A stretch of 64,000 nt of DNA, from the NCBI GenBank assembly GCA_016715065.1, contig JADKBN010000013.1, forward strand, positions 64,588-128,587, given 5' to 3'. Below are positions 27,175-35,983 of the stretch, in pieces (the first letter of the stretch is position 1; every line of letters starts with the position of its first letter). Under the pieces are notes generated by a model. That model was not told the DNA's origin. It saw only the letters and a list, made by a program, of their open reading frames with translations, and did not search any database. The DNA is from Fibrobacterota bacterium (GTDB lineage: Bacteria > Fibrobacterota > Fibrobacteria > UBA5070). The position numbers and the translations under genes are program-made.

Positions 27175-28035
27175 ATGGCCACCCTATCGGAAAAAATCGG
27201 CGCCCGCACGCGTGCGGTGGGAAACAACGTCTGCTTCGGGATCGACCCGATCCTGGAAAGGATCCCGCTGGAAGGCGCGCCGGATCAGGTCGTGGAACGG
27301 TTTGGGCTGGGCTTTTTGGAGGCTTGCCTCAAGCGTGGCGTGATGCCTGCCGCCGTCAAGCCAAACGCGGCCTATTACGAGGCCTTGGGCCCCAAAGCGG
27401 TGGATTCTCTGCAAAAGGTTTGCGCGGCCTGGCGCGAGGCCGGGGTGTTCGTGGTGTTGGATGCCAAGCGCGGCGACATCGGGAAATCCTCGGGGGCCTA
27501 CGCGCAAGCGGCCTTTGGTCCGTTTTGTGCCAGCGCCGTGACGGTTGCGCCGTACATGGGCCGCGATTCGGTGGAGCCGTTTCTGACCTCCCCGGAAGCC
27601 GCAGCCTTCCTGCTTCTGCGCACCTCCAACCCCGGCGCCCGCGACTTCCAGGATCTGATGATCGACGGCGAGCCGTTGTACCTGCATGTGGCGCGCAAGG
27701 CCCTTTCCTGGGCTGGTTCGGAAAAGATGGGATTCGTGGTGGGGGCCACCGCCCCGCAGGAATTGGAAACCATCGCCGCTTGGTTTGCCCGCGAAGGACG
27801 CCAGGCTTCGTTTCTGATCCCGGGCGTGTCGGTGCCGGGAGTAGCCGGTGGACAGGGTGGCGGCATCGACGAGGTGGTGCGCCGCCTGCGCGGGGGCGGC
27901 TCCGACCCTTGGATCCACCTGGTCAACGCGAGCTCCGGATTGAACTTCGCCTGGGAGCGCGACGGAAATCGTCAAGCATGGGCCGAAGCCGGTGCGTGCG
28001 CGCTGGAAGAGCTCGCCGCCATCGCGGGTCTGTGA
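27175..28035 (+). CDS. pyrF: Orotidine-5-prime-phosphate decarboxylase (type 2)
   Basis: Motifs are VCFGIDP and VVLDAKRGDIGKSSGAYA. It is 286 aa from the Met of MATLSEK. Confidence 0.85.
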   Translation: MATLSEKIGARTRAVGNNVCFGIDPILERIPLEGAPDQVVERFGLGFLEACLKRGVMPAAVKPNAAYYEALGPKAVDSLQKVCAAWREAGVFVVLDAKRGDIGKSSGAYAQAAFGPFCASAVTVAPYMGRDSVEPFLTSPEAAAFLLLRTSNPGARDFQDLMIDGEPLYLHVARKALSWAGSEKMGFVVGATAPQELETIAAWFAREGRQASFLIPGVSVPGVAGGQGGGIDEVVRRLRGGGSDPWIHLVNASSGLNFAWERDGNRQAWAEAGACALEELAAIAGL

Positions 28036-28060
28036 GATCGCTTCCTGGTAGATTGAGGGC

Positions 28061-28846
28061 ATGACCTTTCGTCTACCGGTTCTGAGCCTGGGGCACGGCA
28101 GCCCCTTGAACGCCATCGAAGACAATTTTTGGTCGCGGTCGCTGGCTGCGATGGCGCCTGGATTGGCGAAGCTTCCCATCCGGGCGGTGGCGGTGGTGTC
28201 CGCCCACTGGTGGACGCGCGGCACCTTCGTGCAGGCTTCGGAAAGACCGGAAACCATCCACGACTTCGGAGGGTTTCCGCAGGAACTCTTCGAGGTGCGC
28301 TACGAGGTGCCTGGGAGCCCCGCCATCGCCGGACCACTGGCTTCCGATCTGGGCGCGAAGGCGACCGAGGATTGGGGGCTGGATCACGGCGCGTGGTCAC
28401 TGCTGGTGCATCTGTTCCCCAAGGCGAACATTCCCGTGCTGCAGATCTCGCTGGATGCGACGATTCCTCCCAAGGATCATCTGGCGCTGGGGAAGCGGCT
28501 TGGCGCTTGGCGTGAGCAAGGCGTGTTGGTGTTGGCTTCCGGCAACGCCACGCACAACCTGCGCGATGCCATGCTGCGCTTTTCCGAGCATCCGCCCAAA
28601 ACTCCGGGCTGGGCGGCGAGCTTCGATCAAGACTTGGCCAAGGCGCTGGAAAACCGGGACGAGGCCTGGCTGCTGGGTGCCTTGGAAACTCCGGACGGGA
28701 AAATGGCCCATCCCTCCCCCGACCACTGGCTGCCGTGGCTTTGGGCCTATGGGGCTTCCGATCCGGCCGATCGGTTGGATTTCCCGGTGACAGGATACGA
28801 TCTCGGATCGCTTTCCATGCGTAGTGCCCGGTGGACAGCCATCTAG
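28061..28846 (+). CDS. Class III extradiol ring-cleavage dioxygenase (4,5-DOPA dioxygenase/YgiD-like)
   Basis: The protein is 261 aa. The motif is SLGHGSPLNAIED...VVSAHWWTRG...HDFGGFP. Confidence 0.8.
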   Translation: MTFRLPVLSLGHGSPLNAIEDNFWSRSLAAMAPGLAKLPIRAVAVVSAHWWTRGTFVQASERPETIHDFGGFPQELFEVRYEVPGSPAIAGPLASDLGAKATEDWGLDHGAWSLLVHLFPKANIPVLQISLDATIPPKDHLALGKRLGAWREQGVLVLASGNATHNLRDAMLRFSEHPPKTPGWAASFDQDLAKALENRDEAWLLGALETPDGKMAHPSPDHWLPWLWAYGASDPADRLDFPVTGYDLGSLSMRSARWTAI

Positions 28847-28897
28847 GATCTACGTTTCGCACACAATCAGGGAATCGATTTCAAGAGGAGAACACTG

Positions 28898-29206
28898 ATG
28901 GAAGAAAATGGGTTGCCTTCGACACCTCCGGTGAACAAGCCATCGACCAGCCCCTCCGACAAAAAGCTCGCCGCCGGGCTCACCGCCGTGCTTTTGGGAT
29001 CCTTGGGAATCCACAAGTTCATTCTGGGCTACCAGACCCAAGGCATCATCATGCTGTTGATCAGCGTGGTGGGCGCTTTGCCGACCTGCGGTTGGAGCGC
29101 TGGGGCGATGGGTGTGATCGGGTTGGTGGAAGGGATCATCTACCTCACCAAGACCGACGAAGAGTTCGACGCCATGTACGTGACGGGACGCAAGCCCTGG
29201 TTCTAA
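28898..29206 (+). CDS. TM2 domain-containing small membrane protein
   Basis: The protein is 102 aa. It has two TM helices joined by a short loop (KLAAGLTAVLLGSLGIHKFILGYQTQGIIMLLISVVG). Confidence 0.7.
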   Translation: MEENGLPSTPPVNKPSTSPSDKKLAAGLTAVLLGSLGIHKFILGYQTQGIIMLLISVVGALPTCGWSAGAMGVIGLVEGIIYLTKTDEEFDAMYVTGRKPWF

Positions 29207-29262
29207 GGTTCTCAGGACCTAATTCGCTTCCAGGGGGTCAGGTAGGTATCTTGGGAGCCGCC

Positions 29263-30339
29263 ATGATCGAACTCGACACCATCCGATCCCTGACCCAAGA
29301 ACAAGCCTTGGAGCGCGCGTATGCGGCCAAGGCAGCCTTGGGCAAACGTTTGACCATCTTGGGCCACCACTACCAGGCCGACTCCATCGTGGAAATTTCC
29401 GATATCACCGGAGATTCCCTGGAACTTTCGCGCAAAGCCGCCGGGGTGGAATCCGAATTCATCGTGTTCTGCGGCGTGCATTTCATGGCCGAATCCGCCG
29501 ACATGCTCACCTCCGCGCACCAGAAGGTGATCCTACCTGACTTGGCGGCGGGTTGTTCGATGGCCGACATGGCCACGCACGAAGAGTTGGAATCCGCGCT
29601 GGATCTCCTGGAGGGGGACCTGGGCCTTTCCATTCTGCCAGTCACCTATGTCAATTCCTCCGCAGCGGTCAAGCGCGTGGTGGGCCTTCACGGTGGGGTG
29701 GTTTGCACCAGTTCCAATGCCGCCCAAGTGGTGGGCTGGGCGTTGGCGCAAGGCAAAGTGGTGCTCTTTGCACCCGACCAGCACCTGGGTCGCAACACGT
29801 CCTTCAAATTGGGTGTGCCTCTGGAAGAAATGCCGCTGTGGGATCCCCGCGTGCACGATGGCGGGGCGGGCCAAGATGCCTATCGCAAGGCGAAGGTCAT
29901 CCTGTGGAAGGGGCATTGTTCGGTGCATACTCGCATGCACAAGTCCGATGTGGACCACTGGCGGACCACCGATCCCGGCCGCAAGGTGCTGGTGCACCCG
30001 GAATGCGTGTTCGACGTGGTGCAAGCGGCGGATCTTGCCGGATCCACTTCGTTCATCCTCAAAACCCTCGAGTCGGCCCCCTCGCACAGCAAGTGGGCTG
30101 TGGGGACGGAAGTGAACCTGGTCCAGCGCCTGGCCAAGATCCATCCCGACAAGGACATCGTGCCACTGTCCCAGGTGCAATGCCTGTGCAGCACCATGTT
30201 TCGGATCGATCCTTGGCATTTGTGCTGGGTACTGGAAAACCTCCAGGAAGGCGTGGTGGTCAACCAGGTGGTGGTGGATTCGGAAACCCGGCACTGGGCG
30301 ACGGTGGCGCTGCAGAGGATGCTGGATCTTTCCAAGTAG
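29263..30339 (+). CDS. nadA: Quinolinate synthase
   Basis: Motifs are LGHHYQADSIVEISD, VFCGVHFMAES and ILWKGHCSVH. It is 358 aa. Confidence 0.9.
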   Translation: MIELDTIRSLTQEQALERAYAAKAALGKRLTILGHHYQADSIVEISDITGDSLELSRKAAGVESEFIVFCGVHFMAESADMLTSAHQKVILPDLAAGCSMADMATHEELESALDLLEGDLGLSILPVTYVNSSAAVKRVVGLHGGVVCTSSNAAQVVGWALAQGKVVLFAPDQHLGRNTSFKLGVPLEEMPLWDPRVHDGGAGQDAYRKAKVILWKGHCSVHTRMHKSDVDHWRTTDPGRKVLVHPECVFDVVQAADLAGSTSFILKTLESAPSHSKWAVGTEVNLVQRLAKIHPDKDIVPLSQVQCLCSTMFRIDPWHLCWVLENLQEGVVVNQVVVDSETRHWATVALQRMLDLSK

Positions 30340-30414
30340 CACACCACCCGACCCTGGTGGTAGCATCCAGGGAACTACCTTCGGGACCTTCCTAGATCCG
30401 GAGCCGTCACGGAT

Positions 30415-33400
30415 TTGAACACTGCGTCAGCCAAAAGGGTCGTGTCCTTCGCGGGAGTCCTGTTCGCCGGGCTGGTTGGACTGCATTCCTGCGAGAATGT
30501 GTACCAAGCGGATTGCACCCTCCAAACCTGGACCTTGCGGGTCTCCTCGGACAGCGCATCCTTTCCCGACAGCGTCCCGTGGAGCGGGCCATGGGAAACC
30601 GGTGTGGGGCGGATGGCTCGTGAAAGAGCCTCCGGGCGGATCGAATTGGATCTGCATCTGCCTCTTGACCAGGACACCCTGCAGCTGGAATGGCGGCAAA
30701 TGGGGGTCCGGCAAAAAACCGTTTGGTGCGTGCGCTCCGATGAAACCAAGGTGCTGGTGGCCAAACGCGAAGTGCTTGATCCCGTGGGAGCCGCCTTGCT
30801 TGGGGAATTCTGGCGGAGCCGCGGAGGTTCGCCCGCCAATGCCGAACCCGCCACTGCCATCGGCTTGAGGAAGTTTTTCGCGACGAGGCTGCTTGCCGGA
30901 GATTCCCTGTTCCGCCCGTTTCCCGAAAGTTCGCCTGCAGGGATCCATCCAGACACCGCCCGCCTCGACACCTGGGTGGCGGCCTGCCGAAGCGGGTGGC
31001 CCATGTTCCGCGTGCTGGGGACGTGGAGCCTCTCCACGGACTCCGCGCAGCTGCGCACCGCTGTGCGATCCCTGATCGAGGCGGGACGGATTTCGTCTTC
31101 GGATACCAACGCCTTGTTCCAGGTCCCGTTGCGCGCGCGCGGAGCCCTGTCGCAGACAGATATTGTCCAAAGTGATTCATCCCGTCCCGCGGGATCGTTT
31201 TCCTGGGCGGCGGGATTGGAGATCGATGTCCGCGCCGCCGTGCGCTTGCGGAACTTCTCCAGCGACAGCATCGTGGTGTCGGTCGTTTCGTCTCCGGGAG
31301 CGCAGGACACCGCATGGGATGTCGCCAAGGGGATTTCCCTGCGTGCCGGAGCCAATACCGCCACTGGTTTGGACACATTGGTGGTGTGGCTGCGCGACCG
31401 CTCGGGTCGCTACGCGCTGGAGTCCCGCACGACCTTCAAGATCCTGCCTCGACCCCGGATCGTGGTGGTGCACGACAGCGCCGGACCCAGCATCGACCAC
31501 CCGACCCTGGATTCCGTCGTCGAGTGGAAAATGACCAGCGTGGATGTGAGGTGGTCGGTGATGGACCTGTCCGGGCTGGATTCGATCTGGATCGATTCCC
31601 GATTGGTCTCCCTCGATCCCACGGGCTTCATTCCCTACCGGATGATTCTGGGAGTCGGTGCGAACGTGGTGGTCCTGAAGGCTCGCGACAGCGCAGGAAA
31701 TTTCAACTCCGATACCATCCGGATCTACCGGAAGGCCGACACCATCCCGCCGCTGGCCATTGCGCAGCCCGGCGCGGGATCGCGCCAGGTGCCGTTCGAT
31801 TCGGGGCGAGCCAGCGCGATCTGGCACGTGTCGGACAACCACAAGCCGACCTCCTGCCGGATCGGTGGGGTGGAGCGGCTGCAAGCCACCACCGAAGGTG
31901 GTTGGATCTGTCGAGTCGACCTGGATCTGAACCTGGGCGTGAACGTCGTTCCGTTGGTGGTGAGGGACAGTTTCGGGAACTTGGCCTACGACACCATCCG
32001 CATCGAACGCTTGAAGGACGCGGCATTCCCCACCGCCCGCGCCTTGGTGGGGCAGGGTTCGCGGGCCGTCCCCTTCGACAGCACACGGGCCTGGGTGGGA
32101 TGGGAAGTGGCCGACAGCTACGGCCTGGAATTCTGCAAAATCGCCGGAACGGACCGCCTGCAACCCGCATCGGGGGGCGGATGGGTCTGCCGGACGGAAT
32201 TGGTGCTGGATGTAGGACAGAATTTGGCTCCGATGGTGCTCCAGGACAGCGCAGGAAATTGGATTCGGGACACCATCCGCATCCGGCGCGATGGGGACAT
32301 GGAGCGGCCCGTTGCCGAAGCGATGCCCGGACTCGGTTCGCGCAACCTTGGGTTCGATTCGACCTCGGCATCGATCGGCTGGCGGGTTTCCGACAACCAT
32401 CTGGTGGAATCCTGCAGGATCGAGGGGCGGATCGTTCCGGTGCGGCCGGGTGGGATCTGCTCGACCGCGGTCGAACTCGCTGTCGGAACAACGGTCTTCC
32501 GGCTCGAGGTCGTCGACAAAACGGGGAATGTCCGCTTCGACAGCGTCGCGATCGAACGGTTCGTGGATACCCAGCCACCTCAGGCGTGGGCCATCGGATC
32601 GGACACGATCCGCGTCGTCGATTCCGTCGAGGACGCCGTGATTCGATGGGTGATGTCGGACAATCATTCGGTGGGCACCATTGGATGGGGATTCGAAGGG
32701 AAGCTGACCAGAATCGATACCATCGTGACCACCACGGCCGTTGGTGTTGGGACCACAGAAATCCAGCTTTTGGTGCGGGATTCGACCGGGAACACCACGA
32801 TCGGCCATGTGGTTGTACTGCGGGAAGCGGATGCCCCGCGACATCGCGTGGATTCCCTCTTTTACACGGGGGCGTCGCCGGATACGCTCGATTGCCCCGC
32901 CGGGTGCGACAGCATCGAGATTTCACGGGACAGGATCTCCTGGACACGGGTGGACAGAGTGGCCATGCTGGACGCTCCCGGCACGTGGTACGCGAGAAGC
33001 TTCCCTGGAAAGGCGGAATCGTGGGTTACGCTGCGCCAGGCGCTTGCGACGGAAAATGTCTTCGCGGGGGTGTCCACCTCCTTCTTCCTGCGCGGCGATT
33101 CGCTGTTCGCGGCAGGCCGCAACGATGTCGGTCAGCTCGGGATCGGGGAGCAACCCACCCAGGTCCTCGCCCCGGTCTTCGTTCGCAAGGGCGTGAAGAA
33201 AGTGGTCGGTGGCGAGGGGTTCACGCTGATGTTGCTTTCCGACGGCCAGGTCGTGGGTGTCGGCTCCGGTCCATTGAGTGGCTGGACCGGGCCGCAGTTG
33301 GATTTCGGGAAGCGGCTGGTTTCGACAAATGCTGTCGACATTGCTTGCGGAAAGGATTTTTTCCTGGTATTGGATGCCTACGGGATGGTGTGGTCGGCGG

Positions 33401-34032
33401 GCGCCAACACCCATGGCCAGTTGGGGATTGGCGACAGCGCGAACCGAACCGACCTGTCGTTGGCGGCCACCGGAGCGGTCGCCGTGGGAGCGGGCTGGTT
33501 CCATTCGATCCGTTTGGATTCGGCGGGGAACGTCTGGGCGGTCGGAAGCAACGCATCGGGGCAGTTGGGAAATCTGGCTCCGATGGACTCCCGGGGTTGG
33601 CGCAAGGTGGCCGAAGAGGCCGACGCGGTCTACTCCAGCATGGGGGCGGGGGGACACCGGGGCCTGGGAGCCAACGACCAGGGGCAGCTTTCCGGCTCGC
33701 TGGGCGGGGTCGTTTCCAGTCCTTTGGTGCTCTATCCGGTCGATGCGGCTTGGGCCGCGGGCGGCGCCTCCCATGTTCTGGTGATGGCGGACAATGGCGA
33801 CCTAAAGGTCGCAGGATCCAACCTGGAAGGCCAGATCGGCCTGGAAAGCCAACCAGGCTCTTCCGGCTTCCATTGGATCGCCACGGGTCTGGTCCGGGTC
33901 GCAGCCGGGTGGCAGCATTCCCTTCTGGTCAAGGATTCGGGCGAACCGATGGGAATGGGCGCCAACTCCAGCGGAGAACTCGGCCAGGGAGTGGTCGGCA
34001 AAAGGACAACCCCGGTCGGGATCCGACACTGA
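30415..34032 (+). CDS. Large lipoprotein of about 1200 aa with repeated Ig-like domains and a C-terminal RCC1-repeat beta-propeller
   Basis: The start is TTG at 30415 or GTG at 30442, which gives MVSFAGVLFAGLVGLHSC. Five or more Ig-like repeats are present (WxVxDNH...CRIxG). RCC1 repeats are present (GRNDVGQLGIGE, GANTHGQLGIGD, GSNASGQLGN, GSNLEGQIGL, GANSSGELGQG). Confidence 0.8.
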   Translation: MNTASAKRVVSFAGVLFAGLVGLHSCENVYQADCTLQTWTLRVSSDSASFPDSVPWSGPWETGVGRMARERASGRIELDLHLPLDQDTLQLEWRQMGVRQKTVWCVRSDETKVLVAKREVLDPVGAALLGEFWRSRGGSPANAEPATAIGLRKFFATRLLAGDSLFRPFPESSPAGIHPDTARLDTWVAACRSGWPMFRVLGTWSLSTDSAQLRTAVRSLIEAGRISSSDTNALFQVPLRARGALSQTDIVQSDSSRPAGSFSWAAGLEIDVRAAVRLRNFSSDSIVVSVVSSPGAQDTAWDVAKGISLRAGANTATGLDTLVVWLRDRSGRYALESRTTFKILPRPRIVVVHDSAGPSIDHPTLDSVVEWKMTSVDVRWSVMDLSGLDSIWIDSRLVSLDPTGFIPYRMILGVGANVVVLKARDSAGNFNSDTIRIYRKADTIPPLAIAQPGAGSRQVPFDSGRASAIWHVSDNHKPTSCRIGGVERLQATTEGGWICRVDLDLNLGVNVVPLVVRDSFGNLAYDTIRIERLKDAAFPTARALVGQGSRAVPFDSTRAWVGWEVADSYGLEFCKIAGTDRLQPASGGGWVCRTELVLDVGQNLAPMVLQDSAGNWIRDTIRIRRDGDMERPVAEAMPGLGSRNLGFDSTSASIGWRVSDNHLVESCRIEGRIVPVRPGGICSTAVELAVGTTVFRLEVVDKTGNVRFDSVAIERFVDTQPPQAWAIGSDTIRVVDSVEDAVIRWVMSDNHSVGTIGWGFEGKLTRIDTIVTTTAVGVGTTEIQLLVRDSTGNTTIGHVVVLREADAPRHRVDSLFYTGASPDTLDCPAGCDSIEISRDRISWTRVDRVAMLDAPGTWYARSFPGKAESWVTLRQALATENVFAGVSTSFFLRGDSLFAAGRNDVGQLGIGEQPTQVLAPVFVRKGVKKVVGGEGFTLMLLSDGQVVGVGSGPLSGWTGPQLDFGKRLVSTNAVDIACGKDFFLVLDAYGMVWSAGANTHGQLGIGDSANRTDLSLAATGAVAVGAGWFHSIRLDSAGNVWAVGSNASGQLGNLAPMDSRGWRKVAEEADAVYSSMGAGGHRGLGANDQGQLSGSLGGVVSSPLVLYPVDAAWAAGGASHVLVMADNGDLKVAGSNLEGQIGLESQPGSSGFHWIATGLVRVAAGWQHSLLVKDSGEPMGMGANSSGELGQGVVGKRTTPVGIRH

Positions 34033-34036
34033 TGGC

Positions 34037-35833
34037 TCAGCCCCCCAGTTCGTCCCAGCGGATGTAGGCCGAGGCGATTTCCGTTTCCAGCTGGGCGAGT
34101 CGCGCGTTGGTCTTGGCGATCTCGTCGGCGGGTTTGCGATAGAAGGATGGATCGGCCATCGCTTCGCCAAGGGAGGATTGTTCAGATTCCAGCTTTTCGA
34201 TGAGAGCCGGCAGGGATTCCAGCTCGCGCGTTTCCTTGTAGGACAATTTCCGCGTGGTCGGACTCGTAGCTGCCGGAACTTCTGAGGTCGGTGCGGCCGG
34301 ACGTTTGCGGGCTTGGGCTGCGGCTTCGAGCGCCTCGCGCTGGTTCATTTCGCGGCGCCAGTCCGACCATCCACCCACGTGCTCGGTCACTTGGCCGTCT
34401 TCGGCGATGGCCAACACGGAGGTGGCCACATTGTCGAGGAATTCGCGGTCGTGGCTCACCAACAGCACCGTGCCGTCGAACTCCACCAGCAGGCTTTCCA
34501 GCAGGTCCAATGTTTCCATGTCCAGGTCGTTGGTGGGTTCGTCCAGCACCAGCACGTTGGCGGATCTCGTGAACAGTCGTGCCAGCAGCAGGCGGTTGCG
34601 TTCGCCGCCGGAAAGCGATCCGGCTTTCTGCAGGGCCGTTTCGCGGGAGAACAGGAAGTCCTGCAGATACGTCACCACGTGGCGTTGCACGCCGCCGATG
34701 GTGACCGATTCGCGGCCTTCGGCGATGTTGTCGCGCACGGTGGCTTCCGGATCGATCTGCGAGCGCATCTGATCGAAGTACAGGATCTCGAGGTTGGTGC
34801 CGGTCACGATCGAGCCGCTCTTCGGAGGGAGCTCGCCCAGGAGAACGCGCAGAAGCGTGGTTTTTCCGGATCCATTGGGCCCCAGGATCGCCACCTTCTC
34901 GCCGCGCGTGACGATGGTGTCGATGTTCTTCAGGAGAGGACGATCGCCCCACCAGAAACTGACATCCTTGGCTTCCAGCACCTTCCGACCGGAACGCTCG
35001 GCCTCGTTGATCTGCATCTGCACCGCACCCTGGCGCACCCTGCGCGAGGAACGTTCGTCGCGCATCTTCTGCAAGGCGCGCACCCGTCCTTCGTTGCGCG
35101 CCACGCGTGCCTTGGGGCTCTTTCGGGCCCAGACCTCTTCCTGGGCCATCTTCCGGTCGAAATCCGACCAATTCTTCTCTTCCGCCTCAAGCATGGCCTG
35201 CTTGCGCGAAAGGAACGTGTCCCAATCGCAGGCCCAGTCGTACATGCGCCCGCGGTCCAACTCCAGGATCCGGGTGGAGAGCCGCCGCAGGAAGGCGCGG
35301 TCGTGGGTGACAAACAGCAAGGCCACGCCACTGGAGAGCAATACGTCCTCCATCCAGGCGATGGAGTCGATGTCCAGGTGGTTGGTGGGTTCGTCCAGCA
35401 GAAGCAGCGTGGGCTCTGAAGCCAGCGCGCGCGCCAGGAGAACTCGCCGCTTCTGGCCGCCGGAGAGTTCCGAAAACGCCATCTCGGCGGGGAGGCCTGC
35501 CTTCTCGATCCAGCGTTCCGCTTCCAGTTCGATCTTCCAGTCGCCATCCTGGACGTGGTGGGCCGCGCCGTCGCGGACGATTTCTGCCACGGTTCCAGGA
35601 AGATCGGGGATTTCCTGGGGCAGATAGGCGATGCGGGTGGCGCTGTCTTGGATGATCTCGCCAGTATCCGGTTCGTGTTCGCCAAGCACCATGCGCATGA
35701 GGGTGCTCTTGCCGGTGCCGTTGCGGCCGGTCAAGCAGACGCGTTCCCCTTTTTCCAGGGTAAAGCGGACCGAGTCCAGCAGTGGGGCGCCGCCGAATCG
35801 GAAGCTCACGTCGCGAAAAGAAAGGATAGCCAT
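34037..35833 (-). CDS. ABC-F family ATPase (Uup/EttA-like; two ABC cassettes, no TM domain)
   Basis: The ATG at 35833 gives MAILSFRDVSFRFGG. There are two Walker A motifs (GRNGTGKST, GPNGSGKTT) and two LSGGxxxR signatures. The C-terminal coiled coil is Uup-like. The longer ORF up to 37486 is a shadow of the plus-strand gene. Confidence 0.9.
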   Translation of the reverse strand: MAILSFRDVSFRFGGAPLLDSVRFTLEKGERVCLTGRNGTGKSTLMRMVLGEHEPDTGEIIQDSATRIAYLPQEIPDLPGTVAEIVRDGAAHHVQDGDWKIELEAERWIEKAGLPAEMAFSELSGGQKRRVLLARALASEPTLLLLDEPTNHLDIDSIAWMEDVLLSSGVALLFVTHDRAFLRRLSTRILELDRGRMYDWACDWDTFLSRKQAMLEAEEKNWSDFDRKMAQEEVWARKSPKARVARNEGRVRALQKMRDERSSRRVRQGAVQMQINEAERSGRKVLEAKDVSFWWGDRPLLKNIDTIVTRGEKVAILGPNGSGKTTLLRVLLGELPPKSGSIVTGTNLEILYFDQMRSQIDPEATVRDNIAEGRESVTIGGVQRHVVTYLQDFLFSRETALQKAGSLSGGERNRLLLARLFTRSANVLVLDEPTNDLDMETLDLLESLLVEFDGTVLLVSHDREFLDNVATSVLAIAEDGQVTEHVGGWSDWRREMNQREALEAAAQARKRPAAPTSEVPAATSPTTRKLSYKETRELESLPALIEKLESEQSSLGEAMADPSFYRKPADEIAKTNARLAQLETEIASAYIRWDELGG

Positions 35834-35983
35834 GGAGGGCGGCAAACATACCTTCCGAGACCGCTGGAGCGGAGGTTGGCAAAAAACCGGACCGATTCCT
35901 CCCGTTTCGTTGCCAAATCGGTAAATTTTTCCCCTAACTCGTCCGCTACCGAAAGACCCGACGTGTCCCCATCCGGCTTCCCG

